Source: the human T2T-CHM13v2.0 reference genome, Homo sapiens
Assembly: GCF_009914755.1 (NCBI RefSeq)
Contig: NC_060931.1
DNA: 64,000 bases
Reading direction: 5' to 3' (one strand)
The number at the start of each line of letters is the position of its first letter. Positions within the stretch are counted from its first letter, which is position 1. Of the stretch, positions 1-11,600 are shown one piece after another. The notes under the pieces are model-generated. The model saw only the letters and a program-made list of their open reading frames with translations, searched no databases and was not told the DNA's origin. The translations under genes and the position numbers were made by a program.

Positions 1-52
1 GAAACACTCTGCTTGTTATGTCTGCAAGTGGATATTTGGACCTCTTTGAGGC

Positions 53-69
53 CTTCGTTGCAAACGGGG
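53..69 (+). promoter_or_regulatory. CENP-B box in M1 (variant CTTCGTTGCAAACGGGG); recurs once per HOR
   Basis: Matches the NTTCGNNNNANNCGGGN core; it differs from canonical only at non-core positions 9 and 17. Confidence 0.9.
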
Positions 70-394
70 TTTCTTCCTTTCATGCTAGACTAAGAAGAGT
101 TCTCAGTAACTTTTTTGTGTTGTGTGTATTCAACTCACAGAGTTGAACCTTGCTTTAGAGAGAGCAGATTTGAAACACTCTTGCTGTGGCATTTTCAGGT
201 GGAGATTTCAAGCGATTTGAGGACAATTGCAGAAAAGGAAATATCTTCGTATAATAACCAGACAGAATCATTCTCAGAAAGTGCTTTGTGATGTGTGCGT
301 TCAACTCACAGAGTTTAACCTTTCTTTTCATAGAGGAGTTTGGAAACACACTGTTTGTAAAGTCTGCAAGTGGATACATGGACCTGTTTGAGGC

Positions 395-411
395 CTTCGT
401 TGGAAACGGGA
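395..411 (+). promoter_or_regulatory. Canonical CENP-B box in M3 (CTTCGTTGGAAACGGGA); recurs once per HOR
   Basis: Exact match to the canonical 17-bp CENP-B box, 342 bp after the M1 box. Confidence 0.95.
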
Positions 412-734
412 TTTCTTCATTGAATGCTAGACGGAAGAATTCTCAGTAAATTCTTTGTGTTGTGTGCATTCAACTCACAGAGTGGAACGTCCCTTTAGAC
501 AGAGCAGATTTGAAACACTCTTTTTGCGGAATTTGCAAGTGGAGATTTCTAGCCATTTGATGCCAACAGTAGAAAGGGAAATATCTTCAAATAAAAACCA
601 GACAGAATCATTCTCAGAAAATTCTTTGTGATGTGTGCGTTCAACTCACATAGTTTAACCTTTCTTTTCATAGAGCAGTTTGGAAACACTCTGTTTGTAA
701 AGTCTGCAAGTGGATATATGGACCGCATTGAGGC

Positions 735-751
735 CTTCGTTGGAAACGGGA
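735..751 (+). promoter_or_regulatory. Canonical CENP-B box in M5 (CTTCGTTGGAAACGGGA); recurs once per 6-mer
   Basis: Exact match, 340 bp after the M3 box. The unit count gives about 188 boxes in the window (64 M1 + 63 M3 + 61 M5). Confidence 0.95.
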
Positions 752-948
752 TTTCTTCATTTCATGCTAGACAGAAGAATTCTCAGTAACTTCTTTGTGC
801 CGTGTGTATTCAACTCACAGAGTGGAACGTCCCTTTGCACAGAGCAGATTTGAAACACTCTTTTTGTGGAGTTTGCAAGTGGAGATTTCAAGCGATTTGA
901 TGCCAACAGTAGAAAAGGAAATATCTTCAAATAAAAACTAGACAGAAT

Positions 949-1970
949 CATTCTCAGAAACTACTTTGTGATGTGTGCCTTCAACTCACAGAGTTCAACC
1001 TTTCTTTTCTTAGAGCAGTTTAGAAACACTCTGCTTGTTATGTCTGCAAGTGGATATTTGGACCTCTTTGAGGCCTTCGTTGCAAACGGGGTTTCTTCCT
1101 TTCATGCTAGACTAAGAAGAGTTCTCAGTAACTTTTTTGTGTTGTGTGTATTCAACTCACAGAGTTGAACCTTGCTTTAGAGAGAGCAGATTTGAAACAC
1201 TCTTGCTGTGGCATTTTCAGGTGGAGATTTCAAGCGATTTGAGGACAATTGCAGAAAAGGAAATATCTTCGTATAATAACCAGACAGAATCATTCTCAGA
1301 AAGTGCTTTGTGATGTGTGCGTTCAACTCACAGAGTTTAACCTTTCTTTTCATAGAGGAGTTTGGAAACACACTGTTTGTAAAGTCTGCAAGTGGATACA
1401 TGGACCTGTTTGAGGCCTTCGTTGGAAACGGGATTTCTTCATTGAATGCTAGACGGAAGAATTCTCAGTAAATTCTTTGTGTTGTGTGCATTCAACTCAC
1501 AGAGTGGAACGTCCCTTTAGACAGAGCAGATTTGAAACACTCTTTTTGCGGAATTTGCAAGTGGAGATTTCTAGCCATTTGATGCCAACAGTAGAAAGGG
1601 AAATATCTTCAAATAAAAACCAGACAGAATCATTCTCAGAAAATTCTTTGTGATGTGTGCGTTCAACTCACATAGTTTAACCTTTCTTTTCATAGAGCAG
1701 TTTGGAAACACTCTGTTTGTAAAGTCTGCAAGTGGATATATGGACCGCATTGAGGCCTTCGTTGGAAACGGGATTTCTTCATTTCATGCTAGACAGAAGA
1801 ATTCTCAGTAACTTCTTTGTGCCGTGTGTATTCAACTCACAGAGTGGAACGTCCCTTTGCACAGAGCAGATTTGAAACACTCTTTTTGTGGAGTTTGCAA
1901 GTGGAGATTTCAAGCGATTTGATGCCAACAGTAGAAAAGGAAATATCTTCAAATAAAAACTAGACAGAAT
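949..1970 (+). repeat. First complete canonical 6-mer HOR unit: M1 949-1119, M2 1120-1290, M3 1291-1459, M4 1460-1630, M5 1631-1799, M6 1800-1970
   Basis: Monomer starts read at cattctcag/agttctcag/aattctcag. Lengths 171,171,169,171,169,171 sum to 1,022, matching the ORF period. Monomer numbering is my own. Confidence 0.95.
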
Positions 1971-2652
1971 CATTCTCAGAAACTACTTTGTGATGTGTGC
2001 CTTCAACTCACAGAGTTCAACCTTTCTTTTCTTAGAGCAGTTTAGAAACACTCTGTTTGTTATGTCTGCAAGTGGATATTTGGACCTCTTTGAGGCCTTC
2101 GTTGCAAACGGGGTTTCTTCCTTTCATGCTAGACTAAGAAGAGTTCTCAGTAACTTTTTTGTGTTGTGTGTATTCAACTCACAGAGTTGAACCTTGCTTT
2201 AGAGAGAGCAGATTTGAAACACTCTTGCTGTGGCATTTTCAGGTGGAGATTTCAAGCGATTTGAGGACAATTGCAGAAAAGGAAATATCTTCGTATAATA
2301 ACCAGACAGAATCATTCTCAGAAAGTGCTTTGTGATGTGTGCGTTCAACTCACAGAGTTTAACCTTTCTTTTCATAGAGGAGTTTGGAAACACACTGTTT
2401 GTAAAGTCTGCAAGTGGATACATGGACCTGTTTGAGGCCTTCGTTGGAAACGGGATTTCTTCATTGAATGCTAGACGGAAGAATTCTCAGTAAATTCTTT
2501 GTGTTGTGTGCATTCAACTCACAGAGTGGAACGTCCCTTTAGACAGAGCAGATTTGAAACACTCTTTTTTCGGAATTTGCAAGTGGAGATTTCTAGCCAT
2601 TTGATGCCAACAGTAGAAAGGGAAATATCTTCAAATAAAAACTAGACAGAAT
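1971..2652 (+). repeat. 4-mer HOR structural variant (682 bp, one 340-bp dimer missing), followed by an M5/M1 hybrid monomer
   Basis: ORF spacing 1990->2672 is 682. The monomer at 2653 starts M5-like (cagaaaattcttt) and continues M1-like (gtgccttcaactcacagag); crossover lies in 2668-2682. Confidence 0.95.
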
Positions 2653-5600
2653 CATTCTCAGAAAATTCTTTGTGATGTGTGCCTTCAACTCACAGAGTTT
2701 AACCTTTCTTTTCTTAGAGCAGTTTAGAAACACTCTGCTTGTTATGTCTGCAAGTGGATATTTGGACCTCTTTGAGGCCTTCGTTGCAAACGGGGTTTCT
2801 TCCTTTCATGCTAGACTAAGAAGAGTTCTCAGTAACTTTTTTGTGTTGTGTGTATTCAACTCACAGAGTTGAACCTTGCTTTAGAGAGAGCAGATTTGAA
2901 ACACTCTTGCTGTGGCATTTTCAGGTGGAGATTTCAAGCGATTTGAGGACAATTGCAGAAAAGGAAATATCTTCGTATAATAACCAGACAGAATCATTCT
3001 CAGAAAGTGCTTTGTGATGTGTGCGTTCAACTCACAGAGTTTAACCTTTCTTTTCATAGAGGAGTTTGGAAACACACTGTTTGTAAAGACTGCAAGTGGA
3101 TATATGGACCTGTTTGAGGCCTTCGTTGGAAACGGGATTTCTTCATTGAATGCTAGACGGAAGAATTCTCAGTAAATTCTTTGTGTTGTGTGCATTCAAC
3201 TCACAGAGTGGAACGTCCCTTTAGACAGAGCAGATTTGAAACACTCTTTTTGCGGAATTTGCAAGTGGAGATTTCTAGCCATTTGATGCCAACAGTAGAA
3301 AGGGAAATATCTTCAAATAAAAACCAGACAGAATCATTCTCAGAAAATTCTTTGTGATGTGTGCGTTCAACTCACATAGTTTAACCTTTCTTTTCATAGA
3401 GCAGTTTGGAAACACTCTGTTTGTAAAGTCTGCAAGTGGATATATGGACCGCATTGAGGCCTTCGTTGGAAACGGGATTTCTTCATTTCATGCTAGACAG
3501 AAGAATTCTCAGTAACTTCTTTGTGCCGTGTGTATTCAACTCACAGAGTGGAACGTCCCTTTGCACAGAGCAGATTTGAAACACTCTTTTTGTGGAGTTT
3601 GCAAGTGGAGATTTCAAGCGATTTGATGCCAACAGTAGAAAAGGAAATATCTTCAAATAAAAACTAGACAGAATCATTCTCAGAAACTACTTTGTGATGT
3701 GTGCCTTCAACTCACAGAGTTTAACCTTTCTTTTCTTAGAGCAGTTTAGAAACACTCTGCTTGTTATGTCTGCAAGTGGATATTTGGACCTCTTTGAGGC
3801 CTTCGTTGCAAACGGGGTTTCTTCCTTTCATGCTAGACTAAGAAGAGTTCTCAGTAACTTTTTTGTGTTGTGTGTATTCAACTCACAGAGTTGAACCTTG
3901 CTTTAGAGAGAGCAGATTTGAAACACTCTTGCTGTGGCATTTTCAGGTGGAGATTTCAAGCGATTTGAGGACAATTGCAGAAAAGGAAATATCTTCGTAT
4001 AATAACCAGACAGAATCATTCTCAGAAAGTGCTTTGTGATGTGTGCGTTCAACTCACAGAGTTTAACCTTTCTTTTCATAGAGGAGTTTGGAAACACACT
4101 GTTTGTAAAGTCTGCAAGTGGATATATGGACCTGTTTGAGGCCTTCGTTGGAAACGGGATTTCTTCATTGAATGCTAGACGGAAGAATTCTCAGTAAATT
4201 CTTTGTGTTGTGTGCATTCAACTCACAGAGTGGAACGTCCCTTTAGACAGAGCAGATTTGAAACACTCTTTTTGCGGAATTTGCAAGTGGAGATTTCTAG
4301 CCATTTGATGCCAACAGTAGAAAGGGAAATATCTTCAAATAAAAACCAGACAGAATCATTCTCAGAAAATTCTTTGTGATGTGTGCGTTCAACTCACATA
4401 GTTTAACCTTTCTTTTCATAGAGCAGTTTGGAAACACTCTGTTTGTAAAGTCTGCAAGTGGATATATGGACCGCATTGAGGCCTTCGTTGGAAACGGGAT
4501 TTCTTCATTTCATGCTAGACAGAAGAATTCTCAGTAACTTCTTTGTGCCGTGTGTATTCAACTCACAGAGTGGAACGTCCCTTTGCACAGAGCAGATTTG
4601 AAACACTCTTTTTGTGGAGTTTGCAAGTGGAGATTTCAAGCGATTTGATGCCAACAGTAGAAAAGGAAATATCTTCAAATAAAAACTAGACAGAATCATT
4701 CTCAGAAACTACTTTGTGATGTGTGCCTTCAACTCACAGAGTTTAACCTTTCTTTTCTTAGAGCAGTTTAGAAACACTCTGCTTGTTATGTCTGCAAGTG
4801 GATATTTGGACCTCTTTGAGGCCTTCGTTGCAAACGGGGTTTCTTCCTTTCATGCTAGACTAAGAAGAGTTCTCAGTAACTTTTTTGTGTTGTGTGTATT
4901 CAACTCACAGAGTTGAACCTTGCTTTAGAGAGAGCAGATTTGAAACACTCTTGCTGTGGCATTTTCAGGTGGAGATTTCAAGCGATTTGAGGACAATTGC
5001 AGAAAAGGAAATATCTTCGTATAATAACCAGACAGAATCATTCTCAGAAAGTGCTTTGTGATGTGTGCGTTCAACTCACAGAGTTTAACCTTTCTTTTCA
5101 TAGAGGAGTTTGGAAACACACTGTTTGTAAAGTCTGCAAGTGGATATATGGACCTGTTTGAGGCCTTCGTTGGAAACGGGATTTCTTCATTGAATGCTAG
5201 ACGGAAGAATTCTCAGTAAATTCTTTGTGTTGTGTGCATTCAACTCACAGAGTGGAACGTCCCTTTAGACAGAGCAGATTTGAAACACTCTTTTTGCGGA
5301 ATTTGCAAGTGGAGATTTCTAGCCATTTGATGCCAACAGTAGAAAGGGAAATATCTTCAAATAAAAACCAGACAGAATCATTCTCAGAAAATTCTTTGTG
5401 ATGTGTGCGTTCAACTCACATAGTTTAACCTTTCTTTTCATAGAGCAGTTTGGAAACACTCTGTTTGTAAAGTCTGCAAGTGGATATATGGACCGCATTG
5501 AGGCCTTCGTTGGAAACGGGATTTCTTCATTTCATGCTAGACAGAAGAATTCTCAGTAACTTCTTTGTGCTGTGTGTATTCAACTCACAGAGTGGAACGT

Positions 5601-8600
5601 CCCTTTGCACAGAGCAGATTTGAAACACTCTTTTTGTGGAGTTTGCAAGTGGAGATTTCAAGCGATTTGATGCCAACAGTAGAAAAGGAAATATCTTCAA
5701 ATAAAAACTAGACAGAATCATTCTCAGAAACTACTTTGTGATGTGTGCCTTCAACTCACAGAGTTTAACCTTTCTTTTCTTAGAGCAGTTTAGAAACACT
5801 CTGCTTGTTATGTCTGCAAGTGGATATTTGGACCTCTTTGAGGCCTTCGTTGCAAACGGGGTTTCTTCCTTTCATGCTAGACTAAGAAGAGTTCTCAGTA
5901 ACTTTTTTGTGTTGTGTGTATTCAACTCACAGAGTTGAACCTTGCTTTAGAGAGAGCAGATTTGAAACACTCTTGCTGTGGCATTTTCAGGTGGAGATTT
6001 CAAGCGATTTGAGGACAATTGCAGAAAAGGAAATATCTTCGTATAATAACCAGACAGAATCATTCTCAGAAAGTGCTTTGTGATGTGTGCGTTCAACTCA
6101 CAGAGTTTAACCTTTCTTTTCATAGAGGAGTTTGGAAACACACTGTTTGTAAAGTCTGCAAGTGGATATATGGACCTGTTTGAGGCCTTCGTTGGAAACG
6201 GGATTTCTTCATTGAATGCTAGACGGAAGAATTCTCAGTAAATTCTTTGTGTTGTGTGCATTCAACTCACAGAGTGGAACGTCCCTTTAGACAGAGCAGA
6301 TTTGGAACACTCTTTTTGCGGAATTTGCAAGTGGAGATTTCTAGCCATTTGATGCCAACAGTAGAAAGGGAAATATCTTCAAATAAAAACCAGACAGAAT
6401 CATTCTCAGAAAATTCTTTGTGATGTGTGCGTTCAACTCACATAGTTTAACCTTTCTTTTCATAGAGCAGTTTGGAAACACTCTGTTTGTAAAGTCTGCA
6501 AGTGGATATATGGACCGCATTGAGGCCTTCGTTGGAAACGGGATTTCTTCATTTCATGCTAGACAGAAGAATTCTCAGTAACTTCTTTGTGCTGTGTGTA
6601 TTCAACTCACAGAGTGGAACGTCCCTTTGCACAGAGCAGATTTGAAACACTCTTTTTGTGGAGTTTGCAAGTGGAGATTTCAAGCGATTTGATGCCAACA
6701 GTAGAAAAGGAAATATCTTCAAATAAAAACTAGACAGAATCATTCTCAGAAACTACTTTGTGATGTGTGCCTTCAACTCACAGAGTTCAACCTTTCTTTT
6801 CTTAGAGCAGTTTAGAAACACTCTGCTTGTTATGTCTGCAAGTGGATATTTGGACCTCTTTGAGGCCTTCGTTGCAAACGGGGTTTCTTCCTTTCATGCT
6901 AGACTAAGAAGAGTTCTCAGTAACTTTTTTGTGTTGTGTGTATTCAACTCACAGAGTTGAACCTTGCTTTAGAGAGAGCAGATTTGAAACACTCTTGCTG
7001 TGGCATTTTCAGGTGGAGATTTCAAGCGATTTGAGGACAATTGCAGAAAAGGAAATATCTTCGTATAATAACCAGACAGAATCATTCTCAGAAAGTGCTT
7101 TGTGATGTGTGCGTTCAACTCACAGAGTTTAACCTTTCTTTTCATAGAGGAGTTTGGAAACACACTGTTTGTAAAGTCTGCAAGTGGATACATGGACCTG
7201 TTTGAGGCCTTCGTTGGAAACGGGATTTCTTCATTGAATGCTAGACGGAAGAATTCTCAGTAAATTCTTTGTGTTGTGTGCATTCAACTCACAGAGTGGA
7301 ACGTCCCTTTAGACAGAGCAGATTTGAAACACTCTTTTTGCGGAATTTGCAAGTGGAGATTTCTAGCCATTTGATGCCAACAGTAGAAAGGGAAATATCT
7401 TCAAATAAAAACCAGACAGAATCATTCTCAGCAAATTCTTTGTGATGTGTGCGTTCAACTCACATAGTTTAACCTTTCTTTTCATAGAGCAGTTTGGAAA
7501 CACTCTGTTTGTAAAGTCTGCAAGTGGATATATGGACCGCATTGAGGCCTTCGTTGGAAACGGGATTTCTTCATTTCATGCTAGACAGAAGAATTCTCAG
7601 TAACTTCTTTGTGCTGTGTGTATTCAACTCACAGAGTGGAACGTCCCTTTGCACAGAGCAGATTTGAAACACTCTTTTTGTGGAGTTTGCAAGTGGAGAT
7701 TTCAAGCGATTTGATGCCAACAGTAGAAAAGGAAATATCTTCAAATAAAAACTAGACAGAATCATTCTCAGAAACTACTTTGTGATGTGTGCCTTCAACT
7801 CACAGAGTTTAACCTTTCTTTTCTTAGAGCAGTTTAGAAACACTCTGCTTGTTATGTCTGCAAGTGGATATTTGGACCTCTTTGAGGCCTTCGTTGCAAA
7901 CGGGTTTTCTTCCTTTCATGCTAGACTAAGAAGAGTTCTCAGTAACTTTTTTGTGTTGTGTGTATTCAACTCACAGAGTTGAACCTTGCTTTAGAGAGAG
8001 CAGATTTGAAACACTCTTGCTGTGGCATTTTCAGGTGGAGATTTCAAGCGATTTGAGGACAATTGCAGAAAAGGAAATATCTTCGTATAATAACCAGACA
8101 GAATCATTCTCAGAAAGTGCTTTGTGATGTGTGCGTTCAACTCACAGAGTTTAACCTTTCTTTTCATAGAGGAGTTTGGAAACACACTGTTTGTAAAGTC
8201 TGCAAGTGGATACATGGACCTGTTTGAGGCCTTCGTTGGAAACGGGATTTCTTCATTGAATGCTAGACGGAAGAATTCTCAGTAAATTCTTTGTGTTGTG
8301 TGCATTCAACTCACAGAGTGGAACGTCCCTTTAGACAGAGCAGATTTGAAACACTCTTTTTGCGGAATTTGCAAGTGGAGATTTCTAGCCATTTGATGCC
8401 AACAGTAGAAAGGGAAATATCTTCAAATAAAAACCAGACAGAATCATTCTCAGAAAATTCTTTGTGATGTGTGCGTTCAACTCACATAGTTTAACCTTTC
8501 TTTTCATAGAGCAGTTTGGAAACACTCTGTTTGTAAAGTCTGCAAGTGGATATATGGACCGCATTGAGGCCTTCGTTGGAAACGGGATTTCTTCATTTCA

Positions 8601-11600
8601 TGCTAGACAGAAGAATTCTCAGTAACTTCTTTGTGCTGTGTGTATTCAACTCACAGAGTGGAACGTCCCTTTGCACAGAGCAGATTTGAAACACTCTTTT
8701 TGTGGAGTTTGCAAGTGGAGATTTCAAGCGATTTGATGCCAACAGTAGAAAAGGAAATATCTTCAAATAGAAACTAGACAGAATCATTCTCAGAAACTAC
8801 TTTGTGATGTGTGCCTTCAACTCACAGAGTTTAACCTTTCTTTTCTTAGAGCAGTTTAGAAACACTCTGCTTGTTATGTCTGCAAGTGGATATTTGGACC
8901 TCTTTGAGGCCTTCGTTGCAAACGGGGTTTCTTCCTTTCATGCTAGACTAAGAAGAGTTCTCAGTAACTTTTTTGTGTTGTGTGTATTCAACTCACAGAG
9001 TTGAACCTTGCTTTAGAGAGAGCAGATTTGAAACACTCTTGCTGTGGCATTTTCAGGTGGAGATTTCAAGCGATTTGAGGACAATTGCAGAAAAGGAAAT
9101 ATCTTCGTATAATAACCAGACAGAATCATTCTCAGAAAGTGCTTTGTGATGTGTGCGTTCAACTCACAGAGTTTAACCTTTCTTTTCATAGAGGAGTTTG
9201 GAAACACACTGTTTGTAAAGTCTGCAAGTGGATATATGGACCTGTTTGAGGCCTTCGTTGGAAACGGGATTTCTTCATTGAATGCTAGACGGAAGAATTC
9301 TCAGTAAATTCTTTGTGTTGTGTGCATTCAACTCACAGAGTGGAACGTCCCTTTAGACACAGCAGATTTGAAACACTCTTTTTGCGGAATTTGCAAGTGG
9401 AGATTTCTAGCCATTTGATGCCAACAGTAGAAAGGGAAATATCTTCAAATAAAAACCAGACAGAATCATTCTCAGAAAATTCTTTGTGATGTGTGCGTTC
9501 AACTCACATAGTTTAACCTTTCTTTTCATAGAGCAGTTTGGAAACACTCTGTTTGTAAAGTCTGCAAGTGGATATATGGACCGCATTGAGGCCTTCGTTG
9601 GAAACGGGATTTCTTCATTTCATGCTAGACAGAAGAATTCTCAGTAACTTCTTTGTGCTGTGTGTATTCAACTCACAGAGTGGAACGTCCCTTTGCACAG
9701 AGCAGATTTGAAACACTCTTTTTGTGGAGTTTGCAAGTGGAGATTTCAAGCGATTTGATGCCAACAGTAGAAAAGGAAATATCTTCAAATAAAAACTAGA
9801 CAGAATCATTCTCAGAAACTACTTTGTGATGTGTGCCTTCAACTCACAGAGTTCAACCTTTCTTTTCTTAGAGCAGTTTAGAAACACTCTGCTTGTTATG
9901 TCTGCAAGTGGATATTTGGACCTCTTTGAGGCCTTCGTTGCAAACGGGGTTTCTTCCTTTCATGCTAGACTAAGAAGAGTTCTCAGTAACTTTTTTGTGT
10001 TGTGTGTATTCAACTCACAGAGTTGAACCTTGCTTTAGAGAGAGCAGATTTGAAACACTCTTGCTGTGGCATTTTCAGGTGGAGATTTCAAGCGATTTGA
10101 GGACAATTGCAGAAAAGGAAATATCTTCGTATAATAACCAGACAGAATCATTCTCAGAAAGTGCTTTGTGATGTGTGCGTTCAACTCACAGAGTTTAACC
10201 TTTCTTTTCATAGAGGAGTTTGGAAACACACTGTTTGTAAAGTCTGCAAGTGGATACATGGACCTGTTTGAGGCCTTCGTTGGAAACGGGATTTCTTCAT
10301 TGAATGCTAGACGGAAGAATTCTCAGTAAATTCTTTGTGTTGTGTGCATTCAACTCACAGAGTGGAACGTCCCTTTAGACAGAGCAGATTTGAAACACTC
10401 TTTTTGCGGAATTTGCAAGTGGAGATTTCTAGCCATTTGATGCCAACAGTAGAAAGGGAAATATCTTCAAATAAAAACCAGACAGAATCATTCTCAGAAA
10501 ATTCTTTGTGATGTGTGCGTTCAACTCACATAGTTTAACCTTTCTTTTCATAGAGCAGTTTGGAAACACTCTGTTTGTAAAGTCTGCAAGTGGATATATG
10601 GACCGCATTGAGGCCTTCGTTGGAAACGGGATTTCTTCATTTCATGCTAGACAGAAGAATTCTCAGTAACTTCTTTGTGCTGTGTGTATTCAACTCACAG
10701 AGTGGAACGTCCCTTTGCACAGAGCAGATTTGAAACACTCTTTTTGTGGAGTTTGCAAGTGGAGATTTCAAGCGATTTGATGCCAACAGTAGAAAAGGAA
10801 ATATCTTCAAATAAAAACTAGACAGAATCATTCTCAGAAACTACTTTGTGATGTGTGCCTTCAACTCACAGAGTTTAACCTTTCTTTTCTTAGAGCAGTT
10901 TAGAAACACTCTGCTTGTTATGTCTGCAAGTGGATATTTGGACCTCTTTGAGGCCTTCGTTGCAAACGGGGTTTCTTCCTTTCATGCTAGACTAAGAAGA
11001 GTTCTCAGTAACTTTTTTGTGTTGTGTGTATTCAACTCACAGAGTTGAACCTTGCTTTAGAGAGAGCAGATTTGAAACACTCTTGCTGTGGCATTTTCAG
11101 GTGGAGATTTCAAGCGATTTGAGGACAATTGCAGAAAAGGAAATATCTTCGTATAATAACCAGACAGAATCATTCTCAGAAAGTGCTTTGTGATGTGTGC
11201 GTTCAACTCACAGAGTTTAACCTTTCTTTTCATAGAGGAGTTTGGAAACACACTGTTTGTAAAGTCTGCAAGTGGATACATGGACCTGTTTGAGGCCTTC
11301 GTTGGAAACGGGATTTCTTCATTGAATGCTAGACGGAAGAATTCTCAGTAAATTCTTTGTGTTGTGTGCATTCAACTCACAGAGTGGAACGTCCCTTTAG
11401 ACAGAGCAGATTTGAAACACTCTTTTTGCGGAATTTGCAAGTGGAGATTTCTAGCCATTTGATGCCAACAGTAGAAAGGGAAATATCTTCAAATAAAAAC
11501 CAGACAGAATCATTCTCAGAAAATTCTTTGTGATGTGTGCGTTCAACTCACATAGTTTAACCTTTCTTTTCATAGAGCAGTTTGGAAACACTCTGTTTGT

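Noticed and set aside
224-240. pJ-alpha (A-box) motif in the monomers lacking a CENP-B box
   Set aside because: Only the 3' half (AGAAAAGGAA-like) resembles the motif as I recall it, which is too degenerate to call a functional site.
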